Below are positions 18,945-27,221 of a stretch of DNA of 64,000 bases, in pieces. Position 1 is the stretch's first letter, and the number at the start of each line of letters is the position of its first letter. The notes below the pieces were generated by a model. That model worked only from the letters and a program-made list of their open reading frames with translations, was not told the origin of the DNA and did not search any database. The stretch lies in contig CAYPKD010000004.1 in the NCBI GenBank assembly GCA_964411255.1, forward strand, positions 50,147 through 114,146, in the 5' to 3' direction. This DNA comes from an uncultured Gammaproteobacteria bacterium. Lineage in GTDB: Bacteria; Patescibacteriota; Patescibacteriia; UBA11705; DATKZF01. Made by a program: the position numbers and the translations under genes.

Positions 18945-19613
18945 TTATTTTACTTGAGTAACTTTACCTATTTGTCCTTTTTTTTCCAATTTTTTAGCTT
19001 GATCTAGCAGATCTGTATCAGTTTTTTTAATAAATATATTCATTGCTACTTTTAGATCATCTGGTAACTCTTTGATATTCGCATTTACAAGATGAAGATC
19101 TTTATTAACTACTAGGTTTCTAGGCAAATACTTAAAATCATTCCGTTCAATAATTAAAGTCCCATCAACAATTAAATGATTTGGTAATCTTTTAATATCA
19201 TAAACAGCAGGATTGATTCGAAGATCACCTTTTATTTTAAGATGTGGAAGAGGGGCTGATCTGTCAAACTTCTTCTCTATCCAATTTACAGCAGCTTGTC
19301 CTGAAAATCCGACTTCATTATGTACCCAGTCTAATACCTCTTCAGGAAGATTTAAATCAAAACCCTCATCTGACTTTTTTTTCTTTTCTTGTTCTTTTTT
19401 ATCTTTTATCCTTAATAATTCATTTTTATAATCAGTATACAAATTCAAAGCTTCTTGCAATTTCCCAGTTTTTTCCGCAGCTACAGCTTGATCCATTATC
19501 TTTCCGAGAAAATCCTTTTCTTCAGGAGTTAAAGGCACACGCTTAACTTCAGCGCGCTTTGGGCGGGCCATTTTGAGTTGATTTTCTAATGATTGGGGTT
19601 GTTCTTTTGGCAT
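18945..19613 (-). CDS. Paralog family member P7
   Basis: Same N-module. C-terminus has LPNHLIVDGTLIIERNDFKYLPRNLVVNKDLHLVNANIKELPDDLKVAMNIFI repeats. Confidence 0.8.
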   Translation of the reverse strand: MPKEQPQSLENQLKMARPKRAEVKRVPLTPEEKDFLGKIMDQAVAAEKTGKLQEALNLYTDYKNELLRIKDKKEQEKKKKSDEGFDLNLPEEVLDWVHNEVGFSGQAAVNWIEKKFDRSAPLPHLKIKGDLRINPAVYDIKRLPNHLIVDGTLIIERNDFKYLPRNLVVNKDLHLVNANIKELPDDLKVAMNIFIKKTDTDLLDQAKKLEKKGQIGKVTQVK

Positions 19614-19621
19614 AATTAGAG

Positions 19622-21103
19622 CTAAATTTCTATTACTCTTTTTACATATGTATTTTCATCTTTAGCAATGATATACGCCTTATTATCATTAATTGGTACA
19701 ACATGGTAAATTTTATCATAATCCTCACTAACTTTTTCTCTTTTTTCATTTACCATAAACCATTTATCACCTTTTTTTGCTTTAAAAACTAGCGTTCCTT
19801 CAATATCCTCAACAGAACTAATTTTATCATATTCATCACTAATTTTTTCACCTTTTTCATTAATTAAAAATTGTTTTCCATCGTTTTCTGCATAAAAAAT
19901 GATCCTACCTCCAATATCTAATGGATGCCTGACAAAATCATAGTCTTTTCCAATAATTTCACCCTTTTCATTTACAATGTATTTTTTTTTCTTGATTTTA
20001 ACTTGATAAAACATAATTCCTGCAACATTGAAAATGAACTCGATTCCATCATAATCTTCACTAAGTTTTTTGCCTTTTTCATCCACGATAAACCATTTAT
20101 CATCTTTTTTTGCTCCAAACACAAGTTTGCCCCCGATGTTTTTTGGAGTACCAATTTCCTCATAATCTTGTTCAAGTTCTTCCCCTTTTTCATTGACGAT
20201 AAACCATTTATTATCTCTGGTTGCCGAGAAAACAATATTCCCCCCAATATTATCCAGATATGAAATCCATTCATATCCTTTACTGATTTTTTCTCCTTTT
20301 TCATTAAATACAAACCATTCGCTACCCTGTCTGGCATGGAAAAACATTTTATCTTCAAAAAATTGAGGAGGATCAATAGCATTATATTCTTGCCCATATT
20401 TACCTTCTTTTTCATTCACCAGAAACCATTTACTACTATTTTTTTTTGTTTCACAGGCATGAAATACACATTCTCCTTTTACATTCATTAGATTTGAAAC
20501 AGATGAATAATTGCTGCCAATCTTTTCTCCTTTCTCATTTACTACAAAGTATTCATCGTTTTTCATTCCACTAATAAATAACTGCCCGGCTATATCAGTA
20601 ATATGATGTATTTCATCAAACGCTGCTCCTATTCTTTCTCCCTGTTCATTAACTACAAAACTCTTCTTATCCTGTTCAACAGGAAAAAATAACCTGCCTA
20701 GGCTATGCATAGGATTATGAGCAAAGTCATAGCCTTTTCCGATCTTTCTGTCTTGCCCATAAATAACATAAAATTTGCCATCTTTTTTTGCACTAAAAGC
20801 AATTTTACCTTCTATATCTGAAGGCTCATAATATTCTTCGTACTCATCTAAATTTATTGTATATTCCTGTTCCTTTTCTGAAATAGATTCCTTTATCTTT
20901 AACAATTCATTCTTATAGTCTGTATAAAATCCCAAAGCCTTTTCTAATTCTCCAGCCTTTTCCGCAACTACAGCTTTTTCCATAATCTCACCTAAGAATT
21001 CTTTTTCCTCAGGTGTCAACGGTACACGTTTAACCTCAGCGCGCTTTGGACGTGCCATCTTCAATTGACTTTCAAGTGATTGTTCAGTTTGTTCTGCTTT
21101 CAT
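19622..21103 (-). CDS. Paralog family member P8: N-module plus about nine WG-like beta repeats
   Basis: Same N-module, then repeats KWFIVNEKGEELEQDYEEIGTPKNIGGKLVFGAKKDDKWFIVDEKGKKL, reminiscent of KWG/WG repeats. Confidence 0.8.
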   Translation of the reverse strand: MKAEQTEQSLESQLKMARPKRAEVKRVPLTPEEKEFLGEIMEKAVVAEKAGELEKALGFYTDYKNELLKIKESISEKEQEYTINLDEYEEYYEPSDIEGKIAFSAKKDGKFYVIYGQDRKIGKGYDFAHNPMHSLGRLFFPVEQDKKSFVVNEQGERIGAAFDEIHHITDIAGQLFISGMKNDEYFVVNEKGEKIGSNYSSVSNLMNVKGECVFHACETKKNSSKWFLVNEKEGKYGQEYNAIDPPQFFEDKMFFHARQGSEWFVFNEKGEKISKGYEWISYLDNIGGNIVFSATRDNKWFIVNEKGEELEQDYEEIGTPKNIGGKLVFGAKKDDKWFIVDEKGKKLSEDYDGIEFIFNVAGIMFYQVKIKKKKYIVNEKGEIIGKDYDFVRHPLDIGGRIIFYAENDGKQFLINEKGEKISDEYDKISSVEDIEGTLVFKAKKGDKWFMVNEKREKVSEDYDKIYHVVPINDNKAYIIAKDENTYVKRVIEI

Positions 21104-21129
21104 ATTGTTATATGATATATGTTACATGA

Positions 21130-21852
21130 TTAAAGTTTTTCAGGCATAAATGATGCCTTTTCCGTTTTCATTAATTCTTTAATATACTTTTGTGCTTTTT
21201 TATCTTTTTTTATTGACTCTTCAAGATCCTTTTCAATCTCTGGCTTAATGTCCATCTCAAATCGTTCAAATGATTTTTCTGATAAATTTTCATCATTTAA
21301 AATTTCAATAATTTTCAAACTCTCTTCAGGTAAATTAAAAAAATCAAGCGAATTATCCTTTTCAACATTATATTTGTCAATCAATATTCTTCTAAATTTT
21401 CTCAGACCACCTATTTCAGCCATTGAATCTAAAACGAGCTCTTTTTGATTAACTACAAAATTTATTTCTTCCTGCCAATGCTGCGGGTCATCAGCCTTAG
21501 CCTTAGCCTTTGCCATTGTATATCTGCGAATTAAATAATCTAAAATCATTTCTCTTTTATATAATGTTTTAATATTATCAATTATCTCTTCATGTTTTTT
21601 CTCCTTTATACGATTTATTTCTTTTTTCCTCTCTTCCTGCAATTTATCGTTTATTTTCATTAATTCGTTTTTATAATCAGTATACAAATCTAGGGCTTCT
21701 TTTAGTTTCCCCGCTTTCTCTGCCGCCACTGCCTTATCCATTATCTTTCCGATAAATTCCTTTTCTTCTGGCGTTAAGGGCACACGCTTAACCTCACTCC
21801 GCCGCGAGCGGGCCATCTTCAATTGACTTTCAAGTGATTGTTCTGCTTTCAT
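21130..21852 (-). CDS. Paralog family member P9: N-module plus a helical, charged C-terminal domain
   Basis: Same N-module. The C-terminus has no LRR or WG repeats. Confidence 0.75.
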   Translation of the reverse strand: MKAEQSLESQLKMARSRRSEVKRVPLTPEEKEFIGKIMDKAVAAEKAGKLKEALDLYTDYKNELMKINDKLQEERKKEINRIKEKKHEEIIDNIKTLYKREMILDYLIRRYTMAKAKAKADDPQHWQEEINFVVNQKELVLDSMAEIGGLRKFRRILIDKYNVEKDNSLDFFNLPEESLKIIEILNDENLSEKSFERFEMDIKPEIEKDLEESIKKDKKAQKYIKELMKTEKASFMPEKL

Positions 21853-21867
21853 ATTGGTTTGAGCAAG

Positions 21868-22503
21868 TTACTGTTCTTCCAATCCCTTTACTCTCCCTTC
21901 GTTTATGGCTTTTAGTACAGATTCTCTTAATTTAGTTTTTGATGCATTACTAATAACTTTGCAATCAACTCTAATATCATCAGGCAATACTACAATATCA
22001 GTATCCAACAAATTTAAATTTCCTCTAACATGTAAATTATTGGGTAAATCGCCTAATGATGTGCCTTTTAATGAGAATTCTCCATCAATCTCTAAATTTT
22101 CAGGCATTTCAGTACAATTTTTTTTATGTTCAATTTTAATAGGACTATCAACTATAATTTTTGGATATTTACTAAAATCAACATTAGCATCTGTCCATGA
22201 TTCAATATTTGTATCTTCTATAAAAATTGATGAAAGCCATTCAATAAATTTTTGCCTGGTATTTTTTATTTTTTCAATTTGTTCCTTTTCTTCCTTTATT
22301 TTATTTAATTCATTTTTATAATCTGTATAATACCCCAAAGCCTCAGCCAATTTTCCTGCCTTTTCCGCAGCTACAGCTTTATCCATAATCTCACCTAAAA
22401 AAGCCTTTTCTTCTGGAGTTAATGGCACACGCTTAACCTCACTCCGCCGCGGGCGGGCCATTTGGAGTTGATTTTCTAATGATTGTTTTGGCTTTTCTTT
22501 CAT
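21868..22503 (-). CDS. Paralog family member P10; likely start at MKEKPKQSLEN
   Basis: Same N-module. C-terminus has MPENLEIDGEFSLKGTSLGDLPNNLHVRGNLNLLDTDIVVLPDDIRV repeats. Confidence 0.75.
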   Translation of the reverse strand: MKEKPKQSLENQLQMARPRRSEVKRVPLTPEEKAFLGEIMDKAVAAEKAGKLAEALGYYTDYKNELNKIKEEKEQIEKIKNTRQKFIEWLSSIFIEDTNIESWTDANVDFSKYPKIIVDSPIKIEHKKNCTEMPENLEIDGEFSLKGTSLGDLPNNLHVRGNLNLLDTDIVVLPDDIRVDCKVISNASKTKLRESVLKAINEGRVKGLEEQ

Positions 22504-22521
22504 AATAAAGGTAATATATTT

Positions 22522-22616
22522 CCGCTGATTTGGGATATTCAATTCTGTTAAATAGATCTCTCGACTGCGCCCTTCACAAGCTCAGGGCTTCGCTAGAGAT
22601 GACAGCTGGACAGCGG
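22522..22616. repeat. Dyad-symmetric element copy D, followed by a conserved TTGAAT...TATATT promoter-like box at 22489-22520 for P10
   Basis: CCGCTGATTTGGG...ATCTCTCGActgcgccc...gcTAGAGATGACAGCTGGACAGCGG. Confidence 0.5.
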
Positions 22617-22624
22617 TATTAAAC

Positions 22625-23104
22625 CTACTTGAGTTTATTAACCTGCTTTACAATTTCATTAATATCTAAATAATCCTCAAAGTTCTTTCCCTTATATGCC
22701 CAGACGATTTCATGATCTGGGTTTATTAAAAATAAAGCTGGTAGGCTCATTTTTTTATTATTTTTTATCTCAGTTTTCACACCAAGCAGCTCTGTTATAT
22801 TAAATTCTGGATCAGGCAAAATTGGAAATTTTAATAATAAAAATGATTTTAGCACAGCAGTGCCCATTTTATTATCATTTGAAATTGCCAAAGGCTTGGC
22901 TTTTAATTTATCTAAATTTTCGTTAAGTTTCATTAAATGTTTTCTGCACAGACCGCACCATTTGCCTCTGATAAAGGTAATCAAAACCCAGTCATCTTTT
23001 TGCCAATTATAAAAATTAAAGATACCCCCTTTAGTATCTTCAAGTTGCCAATTATTAATTTGTATATTCATATACGATTTATTCGTAACTTTAACAACAA
23101 TCAT
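22625..23104 (-). CDS. Thioredoxin-fold redoxin (CxxC: WCGLC)
   Basis: GKWCGLCRKHLMKL redox-active motif in a thioredoxin-like/AhpC-TSA-like context. Confidence 0.6.
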   Translation of the reverse strand: MIVVKVTNKSYMNIQINNWQLEDTKGGIFNFYNWQKDDWVLITFIRGKWCGLCRKHLMKLNENLDKLKAKPLAISNDNKMGTAVLKSFLLLKFPILPDPEFNITELLGVKTEIKNNKKMSLPALFLINPDHEIVWAYKGKNFEDYLDINEIVKQVNKLK

Positions 23105-23249
23105 CTAAGCTTAATTCATCCAGCTCTTTCATTTGCTTTTCGAACTTTTGCAAACATTCTTCACTACAAAAATTTTGGTCATGTTTTTCAATGCAATCTT
23201 TTTCAATCTTTTTTTCACAAACAATACATTTTTTTTTGAATATTCCCAT
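23091..23249 (-). CDS. Small Cys-rich protein (52 aa, CxxC...CxxxC), not in the ORF track
   Basis: Minus-strand ORF MGIFKKKCIVCEKKIEKDCIEKHDQNFCSEECLQKFEKQMKELDELSLDDCC. Overlaps the start of the redoxin gene by 14 nt. Confidence 0.35.
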   Translation of the reverse strand: MGIFKKKCIVCEKKIEKDCIEKHDQNFCSEECLQKFEKQMKELDELSLDDCC

Positions 23250-23250
23250 A

Positions 23251-23946
23251 TTAAAAGTGACCGTTTTTATGGTTTTTTTCTATTTCAACTTCTTCTTCAA
23301 TCTTTTTCTCTGCCACTTTTTTTACTTTATAAAAACCAAGCAAAGAAAACACCAATACAGCTGACACAATAATTCCAATCAAATTTGCTACAGCTGATTG
23401 AAGGGCACCAATTATAATTGCCGGATTTAGCATGCCAATACCAATTGAAATAGTGGCAAACGGCGGCAACAAAGTGACGGCAATGGCTATTCCAGGCAAA
23501 ATTACAGATAATTCCTTTCTGGCCCAGGCAAAAGCAGCAGCCACGCCTGATGCAATAGCAACATAAAAAAATGTTAAATTTACAAAGCTTTTTGAACTAA
23601 TCTCTTCTGTAATAACTTTTTCCGGAGCAATAATGGTCATTATCAAAGATACTATTAAAATTATGCCAATTGACTTCACAATAATTTTAATTGACCACCA
23701 CATTACTTTTTTATCAACTACCACAACACCCAGAGCTAATGTTAATAATGGCGATAAAAGCGGTGCAATCAGCATTCCACCTATTATAACCGGAACATTG
23801 TCTAAAAGCAGTCCTAAAGATACAATAACAGATGATAAAATTAACATCAAATAAAAAGAATAAGTCAATTTACTTGATTCTATAAGTTCAGTTGCACGCT
23901 TTTTTTTCTCACGTGTTTTTGGTATTAATGTATCGTTTTTAGTCAT
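23251..23946 (-). CDS. DUF389-like integral membrane protein
   Basis: Polytopic, with GGMLIAPLLSPLLTLALG matching the DUF389 LIAPLMxP motif. Confidence 0.5.
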   Translation of the reverse strand: MTKNDTLIPKTREKKKRATELIESSKLTYSFYLMLILSSVIVSLGLLLDNVPVIIGGMLIAPLLSPLLTLALGVVVVDKKVMWWSIKIIVKSIGIILIVSLIMTIIAPEKVITEEISSKSFVNLTFFYVAIASGVAAAFAWARKELSVILPGIAIAVTLLPPFATISIGIGMLNPAIIIGALQSAVANLIGIIVSAVLVFSLLGFYKVKKVAEKKIEEEVEIEKNHKNGHF

Positions 23947-23974
23947 GTGATTTATATCCTGGAATTATAATTAC

Positions 23975-24038
23975 TGCGTTAGGTAATACAAAACTATTAG
24001 CAAATTCCCACCTTTGCGGGAATGACGGACAGGACAGC
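23975..24038. repeat. Dyad-symmetric element copy B, with an adjacent TTGTAT...TAATTC promoter-like box for 23251..23946
   Basis: ATTCCCACctttGCGGGAATGACGGACAGGACAGC. The hairpin covaries with copy A (ATTCCTGC/GCAGGAAT). Confidence 0.45.
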
Positions 24039-24039
24039 T

Positions 24040-25080
24040 TTATTTATTAATAAATTCTTTTGCTAAATCAATATAATCAGAATATCCATGCTTTTTCATA
24101 TAATACCACCATTCTACTCCCCAAATATAATATTTTTCAAAACCAGCTTCTTTTGCATATTCAGTATTTTCTATAAATAATTCCGGACTGAATTTTTCAT
24201 ATTGCTCGATTATTGGCACACTGGTAAATGGTACATTAAACCATGGTTCCATTTGAAATTCAGCAACTATTACTTTATCTACCCTTTTTTCTGCCAAATA
24301 AGCTCTTTTTGAATACCAGGCTGGGGGGCTGGCCCAGTGAAAGTCTCCAAGTAAAGGATTAGAAACATCGCGATACATTGTAATACCTAAAATATCAGCA
24401 TATTTTGTAACATTCAGCCAGGTGCTTAATTCTCCAGAATCAGTAAGCATTATTTGTCTATCTGGATCAAGAGAATGAACCAAATCAATTTCATTTACAA
24501 AAATTTCTTTGTTTGGCTTTGGACATCTGCCAAATGGAAATAGCGCCTCATTTTCAACCTGCCACATATTAATAACCTTTTTATCTTTATATCTATTTAC
24601 AACTGTCTCAATCATTTCTAAAAGCTCTTTTTCCTTTGTGTCATACATTAAATCCTGCACCCAGTCTGGTTCATAGCATTCTGGCCAGCGAAGCAATTTT
24701 CTGCCAACAGCTAATACAACCTTGCCATCTCTTTTTTCTACTTCATTGATCATCCAATCTAATTGTTCAAAATTATATTGATTATTTTCAGGCTCAATTT
24801 CATCCCAATAAGCGGAAATCCTGACATCTGTTAATTTCAGTTCATCAAGCATGTTTATAAAAGTATTTTGCCAGTCTAAATGCAATTCCTGGGCAAATCG
24901 TGGGCTAAAAGTAACGCCCCACTCTGGATTATTATTTCTCGGCTTTTCTGGTAGTAATGAATATAAAAAAAAGAAAATTGCCAAAGCAAGTAATATGATC
25001 ATTACTATTATAAATACTATAAATCTAATTTTAATTTTTTGTGGTTTTGGTTTTCTTTTTAGTTTTTTCTTTTTCACCAT
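24040..25080 (-). CDS. Membrane-anchored glycoside hydrolase, clan GH-A (GH5/GH113-like)
   Basis: Basic N-terminus and one TM. INMWQVENEALFPFG contains the conserved NEP-type acid/base motif of clan GH-A. Confidence 0.55.
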   Translation of the reverse strand: MVKKKKLKRKPKPQKIKIRFIVFIIVMIILLALAIFFFLYSLLPEKPRNNNPEWGVTFSPRFAQELHLDWQNTFINMLDELKLTDVRISAYWDEIEPENNQYNFEQLDWMINEVEKRDGKVVLAVGRKLLRWPECYEPDWVQDLMYDTKEKELLEMIETVVNRYKDKKVINMWQVENEALFPFGRCPKPNKEIFVNEIDLVHSLDPDRQIMLTDSGELSTWLNVTKYADILGITMYRDVSNPLLGDFHWASPPAWYSKRAYLAEKRVDKVIVAEFQMEPWFNVPFTSVPIIEQYEKFSPELFIENTEYAKEAGFEKYYIWGVEWWYYMKKHGYSDYIDLAKEFINK

Positions 25081-25082
25081 AT

Positions 25083-25973
25083 TTAAAATAATAAATATAA
25101 TCCAAACGCAATTAATAATATTGCAATTGATTTTTGAATGATTACTTTTTTAGTAATATTTTCTTTTAACTGAGGAAATCTCTTTGCAAATATGAGGGTC
25201 AAAATTAATAAAAATGCAAATTGAGTGCCAGCCATAGCATTAACCAGGCTTACTTTACCAATTGAAATTGCGTAATTTACTAAAACAAAGGCAATGGCTG
25301 CGCTTACTTGTGAAATTAAAATCAAGCTTGCTTTTGCCTGAGTTGATTTTTTATTTCTGCCTTTAATTTCTTTTAACACCAATTTAAGTGTTTGTGGGTA
25401 AATAAATAATATTAAACTGCCCAAAAAACCTCCAACTCTCATAATGACAAAACCTGATACAAAATCAGATTCTAAAAATATATATTTGCTTAAAAAGTAA
25501 AAACCACCTAAAAGCAAAGCCCCCAATGCTGCCCAGACAAATGTTAATTTTGGCTTACCTCTTTTTTTCTTTTTATAGCTAATAACAATTCCGCCAATAA
25601 TAATTACAAAAAAAGCGATCAATTGCTTGCTTGATAAGCTTTCAATTCCTGATATTGAAGCTAAAATTAATACAAATACTGGAATAAAGCCGCCAACAAA
25701 CGATACTACTCTGCTGGTTTGACCCATTTTTATTGCTTTGTAAAAAGGAACTAAGCCTAAAGTATAGAGCATGCCAGCAAATAAGCTAACAAAGATTATC
25801 CAAATGCTCGGCCAGGAAAATCCAAAAAACACAAACACCAAACCTAACAAACCTAAGGTGCCTACAGTTGCAGCATACACTCTTGGTTTATTAACTTTTG
25901 ATAAAACTAATTTATCGACAAGACCATTTATTGAAAAAAATAAATAGCCTGAAATGGCAATTAAAATCCACAT
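25083..25973 (-). CDS. EamA/DMT-superfamily transporter (10 TM)
   Basis: Two five-TM halves, hydrophobic throughout. Confidence 0.55.
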   Translation of the reverse strand: MWILIAISGYLFFSINGLVDKLVLSKVNKPRVYAATVGTLGLLGLVFVFFGFSWPSIWIIFVSLFAGMLYTLGLVPFYKAIKMGQTSRVVSFVGGFIPVFVLILASISGIESLSSKQLIAFFVIIIGGIVISYKKKKRGKPKLTFVWAALGALLLGGFYFLSKYIFLESDFVSGFVIMRVGGFLGSLILFIYPQTLKLVLKEIKGRNKKSTQAKASLILISQVSAAIAFVLVNYAISIGKVSLVNAMAGTQFAFLLILTLIFAKRFPQLKENITKKVIIQKSIAILLIAFGLYLLF

Positions 25974-26011
25974 ATATAATCACATATCACATATTATGTG
26001 GCATGTAACAA

Positions 26012-26938
26012 TTATAAATATAATGAAATTAAGTATCCAAGGATTGAAAAGAAAGCAATTGGCGGCAAAGCAGGCATAGGAGAACGTTTCTTTTGTATAG
26101 CAAATAAAATATGAATGGTCATCACGCCAATTAATGAGCCTAGAATTATTAATGCTGCGCTTATTACATTTGTTGAAATAACAGAAGCGGCAAAAATCAT
26201 TGGCAAGGCAATATCACCTGTTCCCAAAAACATAAATCCTTCCTTTGGCTTTACCTTTTTCAAATCAACAAACCAATTATGTGCATGTTCTGGAATGACA
26301 ATAGAAAAAATAATACCCCTAGACAGCAATCCTTTAAACATTTTTACCATTGTCTTTGTTCTATAAACAGCTATATAATCGTAAATTGATAATATTACTA
26401 AAATAATAACCACCCCTAAAGGTTTCAGGTCAAGACCGATTGATGCAGACAATCCTGCTAAACCAAATATTAAAGCAACATTATGAGACCAAATTTGCGG
26501 TACAGTCAATCTTAATATTAATATTATTAAAGCAACAGCCAAAGCTAATTCAAAAGGCATCACAGTCTGAAAAACAGTAAAGGCACCTAATACGATAACA
26601 AAGTAAAATATAAGAATAAAAAATCTTCCACCACGTAAAAATCGTATTGCCAGAACTATAAATAAAGTTGCAATAATAAATGAAGTTAAAAAATAATACC
26701 AAGGAACTGGTTCAGGCGCTACTTCAAATCCCCTTTTAGCAAATAAAAAGACAGCAGTTATGCCTGCAATTATCTGAGCAACTAAAAAAGTTAAGGAATT
26801 TTGCCATAATATTGACCAGCTCATTCTAAAATGAGATTTTTCTTTTTTCTTTTTTACTATTTTTCTAGGTTTTGTCTTTCGGGTTGTCCTTTTTGTTTTT
26901 GTTGCTTTTTTCTTTTTTTGAGTTTTAGTTTTTGGCAT
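26012..26938 (-). CDS. Presenilin / signal-peptide-peptidase-like intramembrane aspartyl protease (A22 family homolog)
   Basis: Lys-rich N-tail, then TMs carrying the three hallmark motifs in order and with canonical spacing: SIYDYIAVY (YD), FLGTGDIALPM (GxGD), SPMPALPPI (PAL). Confidence 0.65.
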   Translation of the reverse strand: MPKTKTQKKKKATKTKRTTRKTKPRKIVKKKKEKSHFRMSWSILWQNSLTFLVAQIIAGITAVFLFAKRGFEVAPEPVPWYYFLTSFIIATLFIVLAIRFLRGGRFFILIFYFVIVLGAFTVFQTVMPFELALAVALIILILRLTVPQIWSHNVALIFGLAGLSASIGLDLKPLGVVIILVILSIYDYIAVYRTKTMVKMFKGLLSRGIIFSIVIPEHAHNWFVDLKKVKPKEGFMFLGTGDIALPMIFAASVISTNVISAALIILGSLIGVMTIHILFAIQKKRSPMPALPPIAFFSILGYLISLYL

Positions 26939-27006
26939 ATTTTTTAGAATAGTAGATCGGTAGTATAATAGATTGGTAGAAATCCCAGTAATTTATTCCT
27001 ACGAAT

Positions 27007-27135
27007 CTAGTTGTGAGGCATTGGTATTTGAAAACGCGCAGAATTTATTCCATCGGCTTTAAAATAATAAATAAATAATAAAAATGATATTACAAGGATA
27101 ATTGCAATAATAATTATGAATATTCGCTCTTTCAT
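27007..27135 (-). CDS. Possible 42-aa hydrophobic micro-protein
   Basis: Minus-strand ORF MKERIFIIIIAIILVISFLLFIYYFKADGINSARFQIPMPHN with no SD. Speculative. Confidence 0.2.
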   Translation of the reverse strand: MKERIFIIIIAIILVISFLLFIYYFKADGINSARFQIPMPHN

Positions 27136-27221
27136 ATTAGTTTAATTATAACACATTTTTGCTATATAAGGCACAAAAACTGTGTATTAAATTAAAAAAG
27201 ACAGCAAATGATTACTGTCTA

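Noticed and set aside
12510-22542. Regularly spaced conserved about 200-bp segments, which could be mistaken for a CRISPR-like array
   Set aside because: The spacing is about 650-1500 bp and the repeats are the coding 5' ends of paralogous genes, not 25-40 bp direct repeats with spacers.
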